A stretch of 64,000 nt of DNA from Alphaproteobacteria bacterium (GCA_017983635.1 JAGOBA010000006.1:60478-124477), one strand, 5' to 3'. Positions 1 to 11,436 are shown, counted from the first letter of the stretch. The notes: generated from the letters alone by a model not told the origin. Numbers and translations are program-made.

Positions 1-311
1 TGCTGAAGCCGGGCGGGCGGCTTGTCGTCGTGTCGTTCCATTCGCTGGAAGACCGGATGGTGAAGCGCTTCTTCACGGAACGCTCCGGGCATGTTGCACA
101 GGCTTCGCGGCATATGCCGGTTGCGAACCTTGCAGGGCCGACGGCGTCGTTCGATTTGAAGGTGAAGCGCGCGGTGGTGCCCGGCAAAGCTGAAACGTCG
201 CGCAATCCGCGGTCGCGGTCGGCAAAGCTGCGTCTTGGTGTGCGCACGTCGGCGCCGGCTATTCCGTTCGACGCCATCAAGGCCGGCGTGTTGCCTGAGG
301 TGCGGGCATGA
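1..311 (+). CDS. rsmH: 16S rRNA m4C1402 methyltransferase RsmH/MraW, C-terminal fragment (5' end outside window)
   Basis: Frame-3 translation [24 protein letters not shown]... matches the conserved RsmH core. It lies directly upstream of ftsL-ftsI, and its stop overlaps the ftsL start (ATGA). Confidence 0.85.
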   Translation, partial: LKPGGRLVVVSFHSLEDRMVKRFFTERSGHVAQASRHMPVANLAGPTASFDLKVKRAVVPGKAETSRNPRSRSAKLRLGVRTSAPAIPFDAIKAGVLPEVRA

Positions 312-694
312 TTCGGTTTGCGAGTTTCTTGGCGGTTGCGTTGCTCGTGCTGGTCAGCTTCGAGCTCTACAACGGCGTCGCGCGCGTGAAGGCGTCGCAG
401 CGCCAGCTCGAAGAGACCAAAGTTCAGATCGCGCAAGAGCAAGAGGCCATTCGCGTGTTGAAGGCGGAATGGTCCTATCTCAATCAGCCCGAGCGGTTGC
501 AGACGCTGGCCCGTCAGCATTTGTCCCTCATGCCGACGGCGGCGGCGCAGATCGTGGTGCTGGCGTCGTTGCCGGCGCGCGGTTCGACAGCACCGCAGCC
601 GACCGTGATCGAAGCGGGCGACTTGCCTTCGAAGATCGTGCCGAACGCGCCGAGGCCGCGGTTCAAGCCCGAGATTCCAAAGGCGGCACCGTGA
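308..694 (+). CDS. ftsL: cell division protein FtsL (alphaproteobacterial type)
   Basis: 128 aa with one N-terminal TM helix ([18 protein letters not shown]) followed by a coiled-coil-like segment. It occupies the canonical slot between rsmH and ftsI and overlaps both neighbours. Confidence 0.75.
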   Translation: MIRFASFLAVALLVLVSFELYNGVARVKASQRQLEETKVQIAQEQEAIRVLKAEWSYLNQPERLQTLARQHLSLMPTAAAQIVVLASLPARGSTAPQPTVIEAGDLPSKIVPNAPRPRFKPEIPKAAP

Positions 695-2370
695 GCTACG
701 AAGATCGGATCACGCTTGACGGAGCGGCGAAGGCCGCGATGGCGCGGACGCGCCGGCGGCTGATGTTCGCGCTTGGCGGGTTCGCGGTGGTGTTTGCGAT
801 TCTGTTCGGACGCCTGGTTGAAGTCACGATGCTGCGCGAGGGCGCAGAGCGCAAGGTTGCGCGGGCCACGAACGACGTGTCCTATTTCCGTGCCGACATC
901 GTCGATCGGAATGGCGAAATTCTGGCGACGGATTTGCAGGCAGCATCGCTCTATGCCGACGCGCGGGTCATTTGGGATCCGGCGGAGACGGCGCAGGCGC
1001 TTGCGGCGGCGGTGCCGGGCGTCGATGGTGCGGCACTCACGAAGCGGCTTGCGACCCGGCAGGCTTTCGTTTGGATCAAGCGCGATGTGCCGCCGCGTCA
1101 GCAGGAGGCTGTGCGGCAGCTCGGCATTCCGGGTTTGCACTTTCGCTCGGAGCCACGACGGGTTTATCCGAACGGGCGAACGGCGGCGCATGCGCTCGGC
1201 TATGTAAACGTCGACAATCATGGATTGGCGGGCGTCGAGCGCGGAGCGGAAGACCTGATCCTTGAGAAGCGCAACCGCGGCGGCGTGGTCGAGTTGTCGC
1301 TCGACGTTCGGGTTCAGCACGCGCTTGGCGACGAGCTTGCGTCGGCGATGGCGACGTTTGGTGCGCGCGCGGCGTCCGGCGTCGTGATGGATGTCGGGAA
1401 CGGCGAGATCTTGGCGCTGTCGTCGTTGCCGGATTTCGATCCTAACGAGCCGGGGCAGGCGGCGAAGGACGCGCTGTTCAACCGCGTCACGCTTGGCGTG
1501 TTCGAGATGGGCTCGACGTTCAAGACGTTCACGACGGCGATGGCGCTCGACTCGGCGAAGATGACGTTCGCCTCGCAGTTCGATGCGACGAACCCGATCA
1601 CCTATGGTAATTTTTCGATCTCGGACTTTCATCCGGAGAACCGGTTGCTGACGCTGCCCGAGGTGTTCGTGCATTCGTCGAATATCGGCACGGCGAAGAT
1701 GGCGCTTGAGGTCGGCACGCCGACGCTGCGCGCGTTCCTGGGCAAGCTTGGGCTTCTGACGCCGGTGCTAAGCGAGATCAAGGAAGTCGGCTCGCCGATC
1801 CTGCCGAAGCAGTGGGGCGAGCTTGAGACAATGACGGTGTCCTATGGGCACGGCATCGCGATCACGCCCTTGCATGTGGCAATGGCGAGTGCGGCGATGG
1901 TCAACGGCGGCAAGCTGATCAAGCCGACGTTGATTAAGCGCGCGCCCGACGCCGTGGTGCCGTTCACGCGGGTGGTGAGCGAACAGACCAGTGCGCAGAT
2001 GCGCGAATTGTTGCGCATGGTTGTGACGCAGGGCACAGGCTCTAAGGCCGACGTTCCGGGCTATCCGGTCGGCGGCAAGACGGGGACGGCCGAGGAGCCT
2101 TCGGCCAACGGCTATGCGCATAAGCTCCTGCTTTCCTCGTTTATGGGCGTGTTTCCGGCGAACAAGCCGTCCTATCTGGTGCTGATCGTGCTTGACCGAC
2201 CGCAGCCGACGGCCGAGACCGAGGGCTTCGCCACGGCGGGGTGGACGGCGGCGCCGACGGCGGGCAAAGTGATCGCGCGTATTGCGCCGATGCTCAACGT
2301 GCCCGTGACGCCGATCGAACCGAAAGCGGGCGCTCCCACCACCATGGCATCGTATGAGGACTTGCATTGA
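691..2370 (+). CDS. ftsI: peptidoglycan D,D-transpeptidase FtsI (PBP3)
   Basis: Contains the penicillin-binding motifs STFK, SSN (HSSNIG) and KTG (GGKTGTA) and an N-terminal TM (LMFALGGFAVVFAILFG). Start chosen at GTG 691, which overlaps the ftsL stop. The 235-690 part of the tracked ORF overlaps ftsL and is treated as an artefact. ATG 739 is an alternative start. Confidence 0.9.
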   Translation: MSYEDRITLDGAAKAAMARTRRRLMFALGGFAVVFAILFGRLVEVTMLREGAERKVARATNDVSYFRADIVDRNGEILATDLQAASLYADARVIWDPAETAQALAAAVPGVDGAALTKRLATRQAFVWIKRDVPPRQQEAVRQLGIPGLHFRSEPRRVYPNGRTAAHALGYVNVDNHGLAGVERGAEDLILEKRNRGGVVELSLDVRVQHALGDELASAMATFGARAASGVVMDVGNGEILALSSLPDFDPNEPGQAAKDALFNRVTLGVFEMGSTFKTFTTAMALDSAKMTFASQFDATNPITYGNFSISDFHPENRLLTLPEVFVHSSNIGTAKMALEVGTPTLRAFLGKLGLLTPVLSEIKEVGSPILPKQWGELETMTVSYGHGIAITPLHVAMASAAMVNGGKLIKPTLIKRAPDAVVPFTRVVSEQTSAQMRELLRMVVTQGTGSKADVPGYPVGGKTGTAEEPSANGYAHKLLLSSFMGVFPANKPSYLVLIVLDRPQPTAETEGFATAGWTAAPTAGKVIARIAPMLNVPVTPIEPKAGAPTTMASYEDLH

Positions 2371-2374
2371 GCCC

Positions 2375-3814
2375 ATGCGACTTAGCGCCCTTGTTCCGAC
2401 TGTTGCAGGCGCCGACCCGGAGATTCTTGGCGTAACCTCCGACAGCCGCGCGGTGAAAGCGGGCTATCTTTTCGCTGCTCTTCCGGGCGCGAAGTTGGAT
2501 GGCGCTGCGTTCGTGAAGGATGCGATCGCGAAGGGTGCGGTTGCGGTCTTGGGAAACGAGGCCGTGCGTGCGGCGGCGGGCGCGACCGCTTTGATCGTCG
2601 ATCGCAATCCGCGCCAGCGTCTAGCTCAAATTGCAGCGCGCTTCTATGGGCGCCAGCCGGCGACGATCGTTGCGGTGACGGGCACGAATGGGAAGACTTC
2701 CATCGCGTCTTTCGTTCGGCAGATTTGGACGCGGCTGGGGCATAAGGCTGCGAGCTTCGGCACCGTCGGTGTCGCGTCACCGAAGGGGACGCAGCCGCTC
2801 AGTCACACGACGCCCGATCCGGTTGAGATCCATCGCTTGCTGGCGGGCCTGGTCGATGAGGGTGTCGACCATGTGGCGTTCGAAGCGTCGAGCCATGGGC
2901 TGGCGCAGTATCGCGTGGATGGCGTGAAGCTGAAGGCGGCGGGGTTCACCAATCTCACGCGCGATCATCTCGACTATCACGAGACATTCGAGGCGTATGA
3001 GCAGGCAAAGCTGCGGCTGTTCGGCGATGTGTTGCCGCCGGATGGTGTGGCCGTGATCAACGGCGATAGCCCGAGTGCGCCGTCGTTCGAGCGGGTGGTG
3101 CGCGCGCGCGGGCAGCGCTTGATCCGGGTTGGCGAGAGCGGCGGCGAGCTGCACATCGTCAAGCGTGAACCGCGTGGCGATGGGCAGCACTTGTCGGTGA
3201 CCTTTGCGGGTCGCGCGTACGACGTGGCGTTGCCGTTGGCGGGTGCGTTTCAGGCTTCGAATGCGTTGATTGCAGCGGGGCTAGTGTTGGGTCTTGGGGC
3301 CGATGCGGGTGCGGTGTTCGACGCGCTCGGCAAGCTCGAAGGCGCGGCGGGGCGGCTTGAGAAGGTGGGCGTCGCGGCTTCAGGGGTTCCCGTCTATGTC
3401 GACTACGCTCATACGCCGGATGCGGTCGAAACGATCTTGAGGGCGCTTCGGCCGCACACGGCGAAGAAGCTGTGGGTCGTGTTGGGGTGCGGCGGCGATC
3501 GCGATCCGGGCAAGCGGCCGCTGATGGGGGCGGCGGCGAAAACGCTCGCCGATCGGGTGATCGTGACGGACGACAATCCGCGGACCGAGGATGCGGCGGC
3601 GATCCGGCGCGCGGTGCTGCAAGGTGCTATTGGAGCGCAGGAGATCGGCGACCGGGCGAAGGCGATCGAAGCGGCGATCTTGGGTGCCGAGCGCGGCGAC
3701 GTTGTGGTGATCGCCGGCAAGGGGCATGAGACGGGTCAAATCGTGGGCCGCGAGGTTCGGCACTTCAACGACGCGGAAGAGGCTCGCGCCGTCATCGCGC
3801 GAACGAAGGGATAG
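2375..3814 (+). CDS. murE: UDP-N-acetylmuramoyl-L-alanyl-D-glutamate--2,6-diaminopimelate ligase
   Basis: Mur ligase P-loop GTNGKTS and the DAP-specific DNPR motif (TDDNPRTED), in dcw order. Start is ATG 2375 (MRLSALVP); ATG 2354 is an alternative that would overlap the ftsI end. Confidence 0.92.
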   Translation: MRLSALVPTVAGADPEILGVTSDSRAVKAGYLFAALPGAKLDGAAFVKDAIAKGAVAVLGNEAVRAAAGATALIVDRNPRQRLAQIAARFYGRQPATIVAVTGTNGKTSIASFVRQIWTRLGHKAASFGTVGVASPKGTQPLSHTTPDPVEIHRLLAGLVDEGVDHVAFEASSHGLAQYRVDGVKLKAAGFTNLTRDHLDYHETFEAYEQAKLRLFGDVLPPDGVAVINGDSPSAPSFERVVRARGQRLIRVGESGGELHIVKREPRGDGQHLSVTFAGRAYDVALPLAGAFQASNALIAAGLVLGLGADAGAVFDALGKLEGAAGRLEKVGVAASGVPVYVDYAHTPDAVETILRALRPHTAKKLWVVLGCGGDRDPGKRPLMGAAAKTLADRVIVTDDNPRTEDAAAIRRAVLQGAIGAQEIGDRAKAIEAAILGAERGDVVVIAGKGHETGQIVGREVRHFNDAEEARAVIARTKG

Positions 3815-3817
3815 AGC

Positions 3818-5212
3818 ATGAGCGCGCTATGGACGATGAAGCATGTGGCTGAGGCGACCGGTGGGTCGGCGGCGCGCGACGGCGAGATCACGGGCGTTTC
3901 GATCGATACGCGGACGCTGGAGAATGGGGACCTCTTCGTGGCGCTGAAAGATGTGCGCGATGGGCATGATTTCGTCGGCGACGCGCTGGCGCGTGGCGCG
4001 GCCGCAGCGCTGGTGTCGCGCGATGTGGCGGGCGTGTCCGCCGAGAGGCTGATCAAGGTTGGCGATGTGCAAGCGGCGCTTGAGGGGCTGGGCCGGGGGC
4101 GGCGTGGCGCGGTGAAGGCGCGCGTTGCGGCGGTAACGGGCAGTGTCGGCAAGACGAGCACGAAAGAAGCGTTGCGCCATCTCTTGAGCCTGCAAGGGCG
4201 CACGCATGCGTCGGCGGCGTCCTACAACAATCTTTGGGGTGTGCCGCTGTCGCTGGCGCGGATGCCGCTCGACACGCAGTACGGCGTGTTTGAGATCGGG
4301 ATGAACCATGCCGGCGAGATCACGCCGCTGACCGCGCAGGTTCGACCGCACGTCGCGATCGTGACGATGGTGGCGGCCGTGCATCTTGAGCATTTCGACT
4401 CGGTCGCCGGGATCGCCGACGCGAAGGGCGAGATTTTTTCGGGGCTGGAGCCCGGCGGCGCTGCGGTGATCAACGGCGATCTCGAGTGGACGGAGCGGCT
4501 GAAGGGCCATGCGACGAAAGCGCGGCCGTCGAAGTTGATCACGTTCGGGCGCGGCGAGACGTGCGATGTGCGGTTGCTTTCGCTTAAGCTCGACGAAGAC
4601 GGCTCGGAGGCGACGGCCAGTTTGTTTGGGAAGCGTGTCGCCTTTCGGATTGGCGTGCCCGGTGAGCACTGGGCCTTGAACAGCTTAGGTGTGCTCGCCG
4701 TCATTGCATCGTTGGGCGCGGATGCGGAGCGTGCGGCGGGTGACTTGGCGAGCCTGAGCGCGCTTGCGGGGCGCGGTGCGCGGCAACGAATCGTGACGGC
4801 GAACGGGGCGTTCGATCTGATCGACGAGAGCTACAACGCGAACCCACTGTCGATGGCGGCAGCCATCGCGACGCTGGGCCGCGCCAAGCCGGGGACGGGC
4901 GGGCGGCGGATCGCGGTTCTGGGCGACATGTTGGAATTGGGGCCGACGGCGGCAGAACTGCATGCGGGCCTGGCAAAACCGCTGGCTGAGAATCGCGTCG
5001 ACCTTGTCTTTGCGAGCGGTGCGTTCATGAATCATCTTTGGCCGGCGATTGCCCCGCGCCAGCGCGGCGGTTATGCAGGCACGTCGTCCGACATCGCCAA
5101 AGCGGTTGCGGGCGCGGTTCGGGCCGGCGACGTCGTCATGATCAAAGGCTCATACGGTTCAAAAATGCGTGTCGTGGTCGAGGCGCTTCGCGCTCTCTCG
5201 ACACAGTCATAA
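3818..5212 (+). CDS. murF: UDP-N-acetylmuramoyl-tripeptide--D-alanyl-D-alanine ligase
   Basis: Mur ligase P-loop [10 protein letters not shown] and the position after murE. Confidence 0.92.
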   Translation: MSALWTMKHVAEATGGSAARDGEITGVSIDTRTLENGDLFVALKDVRDGHDFVGDALARGAAAALVSRDVAGVSAERLIKVGDVQAALEGLGRGRRGAVKARVAAVTGSVGKTSTKEALRHLLSLQGRTHASAASYNNLWGVPLSLARMPLDTQYGVFEIGMNHAGEITPLTAQVRPHVAIVTMVAAVHLEHFDSVAGIADAKGEIFSGLEPGGAAVINGDLEWTERLKGHATKARPSKLITFGRGETCDVRLLSLKLDEDGSEATASLFGKRVAFRIGVPGEHWALNSLGVLAVIASLGADAERAAGDLASLSALAGRGARQRIVTANGAFDLIDESYNANPLSMAAAIATLGRAKPGTGGRRIAVLGDMLELGPTAAELHAGLAKPLAENRVDLVFASGAFMNHLWPAIAPRQRGGYAGTSSDIAKAVAGAVRAGDVVMIKGSYGSKMRVVVEALRALSTQS

Positions 5213-5225
5213 TAAGCGGGGTCCT

Positions 5226-6338
5226 ATGCTCTACCACTATCTCGTCCCCCTTGCCGACCAGATCCCGGTCTTCAACGTCTTCCGCTACATCACGTTTCGC
5301 ACGGGCGGCGCTATGGCGACGGCTCTGATTATTGCGTTTGTGATAGGGCCGCCGTTGATCCGCTGGCTCAAGCTCAAGCAGGGCAAGGGCGGGCAACCCA
5401 TCCGCGAGGACGGGCCGCAGCGCCATATTCTTGAGAAGAAGGGTACGCCCACGATGGGCGGGTTCATGATCCTGATTGCGCTCACGATCTCGACGTTGCT
5501 CTGGGCCGATCTTTCGAATCTTTATGTGTGGGCGGTGATGGGGGTCACGCTCGGCTTTGGGATGCTGGGCTTTTGGGATGACTATCTAAAGGTGACGAAG
5601 CGTTCGTCGGCCGGCGTGTCGGGGCGTTTCAAGCTTCTGGTTCAGGGGCTGATTTCGATCGCCGCGGTGATCTTGATTATGGAATTGCATCGCAGGCTTG
5701 GCGGCGCGGAGGCGGCAAAACTCTCGGGGACGATCGCGCTGCCGTTCCTGAAGGACCTCGTGATTCCCCTGGGTGCGTTCTTCATCATCTTCGGGATCCT
5801 CGTGATTGTCGGGGCGTCGAACGCGGTGAACCTGACCGACGGGCTCGACGGGCTTGCGATCGTGCCGGTGATGATCGCAGCGTTGAGCTTTGCGATCATC
5901 GCTTACATCGTCGGCCGCAGCGACTTCACGACGTACCTGCAGCTGCTTTATGTGCCCGGTACCGGTGAGCTTGCGATTGTGTGCGGGGCGATGTTGGGGG
6001 CGGGGCTTGGCTTCCTTTGGTACAATGCGCCGCCGGCGATGGTGTTCATGGGCGACACCGGTTCGCTCGCGCTTGGCGGCATGTTGGGTACAATCGCGGT
6101 CGCGGTGAAGCACGAAATCGTGCTCGGCATCATCGGCGGCTTGTTCGTGCTGGAAGCGGTTTCGGTGATCGTGCAAGTCGCCTCGTTCAAGCTGACCGGC
6201 AAGCGCGTCTTTAAGATGGCGCCGATCCACCACCATTTCGAGCAGCTGGGTTGGCGCGAGCCCACTATCGTGATCCGCTTTTGGATCATTGCGGTGGTCT
6301 TGGCGCTGATCGGTCTTGCGACGTTGAAGATCAGGTGA
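5226..6338 (+). CDS. mraY: phospho-N-acetylmuramoyl-pentapeptide transferase
   Basis: [30 protein letters not shown]-terminus, and [13 protein letters not shown] and DDYLKV motifs; polytopic membrane protein. Start moved to ATG 5226, downstream of the murF stop. Confidence 0.93.
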   Translation: MLYHYLVPLADQIPVFNVFRYITFRTGGAMATALIIAFVIGPPLIRWLKLKQGKGGQPIREDGPQRHILEKKGTPTMGGFMILIALTISTLLWADLSNLYVWAVMGVTLGFGMLGFWDDYLKVTKRSSAGVSGRFKLLVQGLISIAAVILIMELHRRLGGAEAAKLSGTIALPFLKDLVIPLGAFFIIFGILVIVGASNAVNLTDGLDGLAIVPVMIAALSFAIIAYIVGRSDFTTYLQLLYVPGTGELAIVCGAMLGAGLGFLWYNAPPAMVFMGDTGSLALGGMLGTIAVAVKHEIVLGIIGGLFVLEAVSVIVQVASFKLTGKRVFKMAPIHHHFEQLGWREPTIVIRFWIIAVVLALIGLATLKIR

Positions 6339-6342
6339 CCCC

Positions 6343-7761
6343 GTGATCCCGGTTTACTCCTTCAAAGGCAAAACCGTTGCCATCTTCGGACTCGCGCGCT
6401 CCGGTATTTCGGCGGCGCGGTCGTTGATGGCGGGGGGCGCTTCGGTCGTGAGTTGGGACGATAAACCGGCGGCCCGCGAAGCGGCGCAGCGCGCCGGCAT
6501 CGCGGTGCATGATCTCAACGATGTCGATTGGCACGGAATTGCCGCGCTGGTGCTCAGCCCCGGCGTGCCGCTGACGCACCCGAAGCCGCATCCCTTCGTC
6601 ATCAAAGCGCAGAACGCCCGAACAGAGATTATCGGCGACGTCGAGTTGTTCTTCCGCGCGGTTCGGCCGGAGGGCGATCAGATTCAGCCCAAGATCGTTT
6701 GCATCACGGGTACGAACGGCAAATCGACGACGACCGCGTTGATCGGACATTTGCTGTCACGGCTGGGCTTCGATGCGGAGGTCGGCGGCAATATCGGTAC
6801 TGCGATCCTCGATCTGGCGCCGCCGACGCCGCGGCGGGCCTATGTGATCGAGATGAGTTCCTATCAGATCGACTTGACGCCGTCGGTGAAGCCCGACGTT
6901 GCGGTGTTGATCAACATCACGCCCGATCATCTGGATCGGCATGGCACGATGGAGAACTACGCCGCGGTCAAGGCTAACATTTTTCGGCATCAGGGGCGCG
7001 GCGATCATGCGGTGATCGGCGTCGACGACGCGTTCTCGTCCGAAATTTGCACGCGGCTGTCATCGCGCAGCGGGATTGCGGTGACGCCGGTTTCGGTCGG
7101 CAAGGTGCTGGGGCGCGGGATTTTCGTGCTCGACGGCAAGCTCTACGACGCGACGGGCACGACGTCGCGCGAGGTGCGCGACCTCAAGACGCTGACGCAT
7201 ATGCCCGGCGCGCACAATTGGCAAAACGCGGCGATCGCCTATGCGGCGGTGCGGCCCTTGGTGAAGGACCCGAGCGAGATCGCGGGCGTGATCTCTTCGT
7301 TTCCCGGATTGGAGCATCGCATCGAATTGGTGGGCCAAGTCGGCAACGTGCGCTTTGTCAACGACTCCAAGGCGACGAATGCCGATGCGGCGGCGCGTGC
7401 ACTCGCGTGCTACGAGGATGGAATCTACTGGATCGCCGGCGGCAAGGCGAAGGAGGGCGGGATCGAGAGTCTCGCGCCGTTCTTCCCGCGCATGAAGCAC
7501 GCTTATCTGATCGGCGATGCGATGGATTCGTTCGCGACGACGTTGAGCGGTAAGGTGACGGTCACCAAGGCTGGGACGCTGGAGGCCGCGATGCGGGCGG
7601 CGGCGAAGGACGCGGCTGGTGGGCCGAGCGAGCCGGTCGTTTTGCTTTCGCCGGCGTGCGCGTCGTTCGATCAGTTTCGCGACTACGAGCATCGCGGCAA
7701 TGAGTTCAAACGCGTCTTTGCCCTGATCGCCGATGAGGCCCGGTTGCGGGGGGCGGCCTGA
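6343..7761 (+). CDS. murD: UDP-N-acetylmuramoylalanine--D-glutamate ligase
   Basis: ITGTNGKSTT P-loop, GTG start, dcw order. Its stop overlaps the ftsW ATG by 1 nt (TGATG). Confidence 0.92.
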   Translation: MIPVYSFKGKTVAIFGLARSGISAARSLMAGGASVVSWDDKPAAREAAQRAGIAVHDLNDVDWHGIAALVLSPGVPLTHPKPHPFVIKAQNARTEIIGDVELFFRAVRPEGDQIQPKIVCITGTNGKSTTTALIGHLLSRLGFDAEVGGNIGTAILDLAPPTPRRAYVIEMSSYQIDLTPSVKPDVAVLINITPDHLDRHGTMENYAAVKANIFRHQGRGDHAVIGVDDAFSSEICTRLSSRSGIAVTPVSVGKVLGRGIFVLDGKLYDATGTTSREVRDLKTLTHMPGAHNWQNAAIAYAAVRPLVKDPSEIAGVISSFPGLEHRIELVGQVGNVRFVNDSKATNADAAARALACYEDGIYWIAGGKAKEGGIESLAPFFPRMKHAYLIGDAMDSFATTLSGKVTVTKAGTLEAAMRAAAKDAAGGPSEPVVLLSPACASFDQFRDYEHRGNEFKRVFALIADEARLRGAA

Positions 7762-8882
7762 TGGCGTTGCTTTCGCGCACCGACCGAAGCTTGATCGCCA
7801 ACTGGTGGTGGACGGTCGACCGTTGGTCGCTCGCGTCGATTACGGCGCTGATCGTCTCCGGTGTATTGCTGACGTTGGCGGCGAGTCCTGCGGTGGCGGG
7901 GCGGATCGGGCTTGAGCCGTTCTACTTTGTCTATCGGCAGCTCAGTTTCGTCGCGCCGGCATTGATCACGATCGTGGTTGTTTCGCTGGCAACGCCGCGC
8001 GATGTGCGGCGGCTGGCACTCGCGACGTTTGTCATCTCGATGCTGCTCATGGTGGCGGCGCTGTTCATCGGGCCTGAGATCAAGGGTGCGCATCGGTGGC
8101 TGACGTTTGGGCCGTTCTCACTGCAGCCGTCTGAGTTCGTGAAGCCGGCGTTCGTTGTGCTGGCGGCGGCCGCGTTGGCGGAGAGCAATCGTACGCCGGG
8201 GTTTCCGGGGATGCTGATCGCGGCGGGGCTCTATTGCTTGGTGGTTGCACTGTTGGTGCTGCAGCCGGACTTTGGGCAGACGATGTTGTTGACGCTGGTG
8301 TGCGCGGGGTTGTTCTTCCTGGGTGGCATGCCCTGGCAGTGGCTCGCGGGCTTCGGCGGCGTTGCGGTTGCCGGTGGCGTCGGGGCGTACTCGTTCGTGC
8401 CGCATGTGGCAAGCCGCATCGACCGGTTCTGGAGCGATCAGGGCGACACGTATCAAGTGAACACGGCGCTCAGTGCGTTCGTGCAGGGCGGGTTCAGCGG
8501 CGTTGGGCCGGGCGAGGGCTCGGTAAAGTTCGTGCTACCGGACGCGCATACGGATTTCATCTTTGCGGTTGCGGGTGAGGAGTTCGGGCTCGCGGCGTGC
8601 ACCGTGCTGCTCGTGCTGTTCGGGGTGATCATTGCGCGGACCCTGCGGAACGCGCTCGATGAGCGCGATCATTTCGTGCAGTTGGCGTCGTCGGGGTTGG
8701 CGCTGACATTCGGGCTGCAGGCCGTGATCAATATCGCGGTCAGTTTGAGCTTGCTGCCGGCGAAGGGCATGACATTGCCGTTCGTATCTTACGGCGGTTC
8801 TTCGATGCTCGCTTTGGCGTTGACGATCGGGATGCTGCTCGCGCTGACGCGGCGGCGTACGGCATCGCAGCGAGGTTGGTGA
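7761..8882 (+). CDS. ftsW: SEDS-family peptidoglycan glycosyltransferase FtsW
   Basis: Polytopic membrane protein with the SEDS signature PDAHTDFIFAVAGEEFGL, positioned between murD and murG. Confidence 0.9.
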   Translation: MALLSRTDRSLIANWWWTVDRWSLASITALIVSGVLLTLAASPAVAGRIGLEPFYFVYRQLSFVAPALITIVVVSLATPRDVRRLALATFVISMLLMVAALFIGPEIKGAHRWLTFGPFSLQPSEFVKPAFVVLAAAALAESNRTPGFPGMLIAAGLYCLVVALLVLQPDFGQTMLLTLVCAGLFFLGGMPWQWLAGFGGVAVAGGVGAYSFVPHVASRIDRFWSDQGDTYQVNTALSAFVQGGFSGVGPGEGSVKFVLPDAHTDFIFAVAGEEFGLAACTVLLVLFGVIIARTLRNALDERDHFVQLASSGLALTFGLQAVINIAVSLSLLPAKGMTLPFVSYGGSSMLALALTIGMLLALTRRRTASQRGW

Positions 8883-9985
8883 TGGCGGGCCCCGTTGTCA
8901 TCGCGGCCGGCGGAACCGGCGGACACATATTCCCGGCGCAATCGCTGGCTCAGGAGTTGGCAAAGCGCGGTGTCGCCGTCGTGCTGATGACGGACGATCG
9001 CGGGCAGAACTACGCGCAGACGTTTCCGCAGGCGCAGATCGTGACGGTACCCTCGGCGACGTTTGCGGGGCGCGGCGCTGTCGGTAAGGCGTTCGCAGTT
9101 GCGCGGCTCGCGCGCGGGGCAGTGTCGGCGTTTTTCAAGTTGGGGCGGGTGAAGCCCAGCGTCGTTGTCGGCTTCGGCGGCTATCCGGCGTTGCCGACGA
9201 TGTTTGCGGCGGCGCGGCGCGGGTTGCCGTGCGTCATTCATGAGCAGAACGCTGTACTGGGCCGGGTCAATCGGTGGCTCTCGCCGTCGGTGACGAAGAT
9301 CGCGGCGGCGTTCGAGAAGCTCACCCATCTTGAGCCGGTGCTGCAGCCGCTGGTGACGGTAACGGGCAATCCGGTGCGGCCAGCGGTGATTGCGGCGGCG
9401 CGACCGTTCGCGAAGCCGGCGTCGGATGGGCGGTTCAACCTGTTGGTCTTCGGTGGGAGCCAAGGGGCGCGCGTGTTCGCCACGCTGGTGCCGGAGGCGA
9501 TTGCGAAGCTGCCGGAGGCGCTGCGCAAACGGCTTGACCTCACGCAGCAGTGCCGGCCGGAGGATCTGGAGGCGGCGAAGGCGCGCTATGCGGCTATAGG
9601 GCTGACCCCGACGCTGGCCTCGTTCTTTACCGACATGGGGGAGCGCTTGGCCTCGGCTCACCTCGTGATCAGCCGGGCCGGTGCCTCGACTGTGACGGAG
9701 CTTTGCGCCGTTGGTCGGCCGTCGATCCTGATCCCGTATCCCTTCGCCATGGACGATCACCAGACCGTCAATGCCGGGCAGCTGGCCGATGCCGGGGCCG
9801 CGTGGACCTTTAAGGAGGCCGGACTTTCGGCGGATATGCTTGCGGCAAAGGTCACAGAATTGGCGGAATACCCGGTTCTGCTTGAGGCCGCGGCGGCGAA
9901 AGCGCTAAGCCTAGGGCGAAGAGACGCCGCTTCGCGGCTTGCCGATCTCGTTGAAGAGGTCGGCGGGCTGAAGGCGCGCTCATAA
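8882..9985 (+). CDS. murG: undecaprenyldiphospho-muramoylpentapeptide beta-N-acetylglucosaminyltransferase
   Basis: N-terminal GGTGGHIFPA motif. ATG 8882 shares its A with the ftsW stop (TGATG). The tracked start at 8876 is an upstream TTG. Confidence 0.92.
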   Translation: MAGPVVIAAGGTGGHIFPAQSLAQELAKRGVAVVLMTDDRGQNYAQTFPQAQIVTVPSATFAGRGAVGKAFAVARLARGAVSAFFKLGRVKPSVVVGFGGYPALPTMFAAARRGLPCVIHEQNAVLGRVNRWLSPSVTKIAAAFEKLTHLEPVLQPLVTVTGNPVRPAVIAAARPFAKPASDGRFNLLVFGGSQGARVFATLVPEAIAKLPEALRKRLDLTQQCRPEDLEAAKARYAAIGLTPTLASFFTDMGERLASAHLVISRAGASTVTELCAVGRPSILIPYPFAMDDHQTVNAGQLADAGAAWTFKEAGLSADMLAAKVTELAEYPVLLEAAAAKALSLGRRDAASRLADLVEEVGGLKARS

Positions 9986-10015
9986 CGTTCTTTCTCCGGG
10001 AGTTTACGGCCCCTC

Positions 10016-11434
10016 ATGAGCCGTCTTTCTTTGCAAATCGGACCGCTGCATTTCATCGGCATCGGGGGCATCGGGATGAGCGGCATCGCGGAAGTGATGC
10101 ACAATCTCGGTTACAAAATTCAGGGCTCGGACGCGGCGGATAGCGCGAACGTCAAACGGCTTCGCGGCCAAGGGATCGATGTTTCGATCGGTCATGCGGC
10201 GGAGAATTTGGGGAAGGCCGCGGTCGTGGTCTATTCGTCGGCTGTGAAGGCCGACAATCCCGAGCTATCGGCGGCGCGGGCGCGGCAGATTCCGACGGTC
10301 AAGCGCGCCGAGATGTTGGCTGAGCTGATGCGCCTTAAGAGTGCGGTCGCGATCGCGGGCACGCACGGCAAGACGACGACGACGACGATGGTTGCGGCGC
10401 TGCTCGAAGCGGGCGGGTTCGATCCGACCGTGATCAATGGCGGGATCATCAACAAGTACGGGACGAACGCGCGACTCGGCCAAGGCGATTGGATGGTTGT
10501 CGAGGCGGACGAGTCTGACGGTACGTTCGTCAAACTGCCGGCGACGATCGCGATCGTGACGAATATCGACCCGGAGCACTTGGATCACTACCGAGGCTTC
10601 GAGGGGTTGAAGCGGGCGTTCGATACGTTCGTGGAGAACATTCCGTTCTACGGGTTTGCGGTGCTCTGCATCGATCATCCGGAGGTGCAGTCGATGATCG
10701 GGCGGGTAAGCGACCGGCGGCTGATCACCTATGGCTACGGTCCGCAGGCCGACGTGCGCGCGGTGAATGTGCGCTTTGAAGGTGGGGTTTCGCATTACGA
10801 CGTGTTGCTGTCGGATCGCGTGAAGGGTGGGTCGCGTACACTCGCGGGGCTGACGTTGCCGATGCCCGGCGAGCACAACGTGCAGAACTCGCTGTCGGCG
10901 ATTGCGGTCGCGCGCGAGCTTGGCGTGCCGGACGTAACGGTGCGCGAAGCGCTGGCGCAGTTTGAGGGCGTGAAGCGGCGCTTTACGAAGACCGGCGTTT
11001 GGAACGGCGTGACGGTGATCGACGACTACGCGCATCACCCGGTCGAGATTCTCTCGGCGCTGAAGGCGGCGCGGCAGGTGGCGATGGGGCGGGTGATCGC
11101 GGTGGTGCAGCCGCACCGCTATTCGCGGCTCAAGGATCTGTTCAAAGAGTTTTCGACCTGCATGCATGGCGCGGACACGGTCGTGGTGTCGGATGTTTAT
11201 CCGGCGGGCGAGCAGCCGATGCCGGGTGTTTCGCGCGATACGCTGGTCGAGAGTATGCGCGCGCACGGACATCGCAATGTGATTGCGCTGCAGTCGCCGG
11301 AGGAGTTGCCGAAAGTGATTTCGGAGTTGGCGCGGCCGGGCGACTATGTGGTCTGCCTTGGCGCGGGCTCGATCACGATCTGGGCCAATCAATTGCCGGG
11401 TCAGCTGCAAGCCTTGAGCGAAAGCAAGCGATAG
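10016..11434 (+). CDS. murC: UDP-N-acetylmuramate--L-alanine ligase
   Basis: [14 protein letters not shown] Rossmann-like N-terminus and [10 protein letters not shown]-loop. Confidence 0.93.
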   Translation: MSRLSLQIGPLHFIGIGGIGMSGIAEVMHNLGYKIQGSDAADSANVKRLRGQGIDVSIGHAAENLGKAAVVVYSSAVKADNPELSAARARQIPTVKRAEMLAELMRLKSAVAIAGTHGKTTTTTMVAALLEAGGFDPTVINGGIINKYGTNARLGQGDWMVVEADESDGTFVKLPATIAIVTNIDPEHLDHYRGFEGLKRAFDTFVENIPFYGFAVLCIDHPEVQSMIGRVSDRRLITYGYGPQADVRAVNVRFEGGVSHYDVLLSDRVKGGSRTLAGLTLPMPGEHNVQNSLSAIAVARELGVPDVTVREALAQFEGVKRRFTKTGVWNGVTVIDDYAHHPVEILSALKAARQVAMGRVIAVVQPHRYSRLKDLFKEFSTCMHGADTVVVSDVYPAGEQPMPGVSRDTLVESMRAHGHRNVIALQSPEELPKVISELARPGDYVVCLGAGSITIWANQLPGQLQALSESKR

Positions 11435-11436
11435 AG

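Noticed and set aside
235-690. N-terminal 152 codons of the tracked 711-aa ftsI ORF. Similar extensions upstream of murB (10999-11436), the DJ-1 gene (31961-32350), mraY (5169-5225), thyA (51454-51531) and folA (52929-52979).
   Set aside because: These extensions overlap the preceding, well-supported gene out of frame, and conserved N-termini begin at the internal starts chosen.
514-1674. 386-aa minus-strand ORF antisense to ftsI. Similar long Arg/Pro/His-rich shadow ORFs occur throughout (e.g. 3827-4669, 5586-6236, 8789-9760, 10265-11410, 11455-12462, 14309-15313, 16030-17022).
   Set aside because: These are typical high-GC antisense or off-frame shadows. Their composition is extremely Arg/Pro/His-rich and shows no recognisable motifs, and each fully overlaps a gene with strong family signatures on the other strand or frame.
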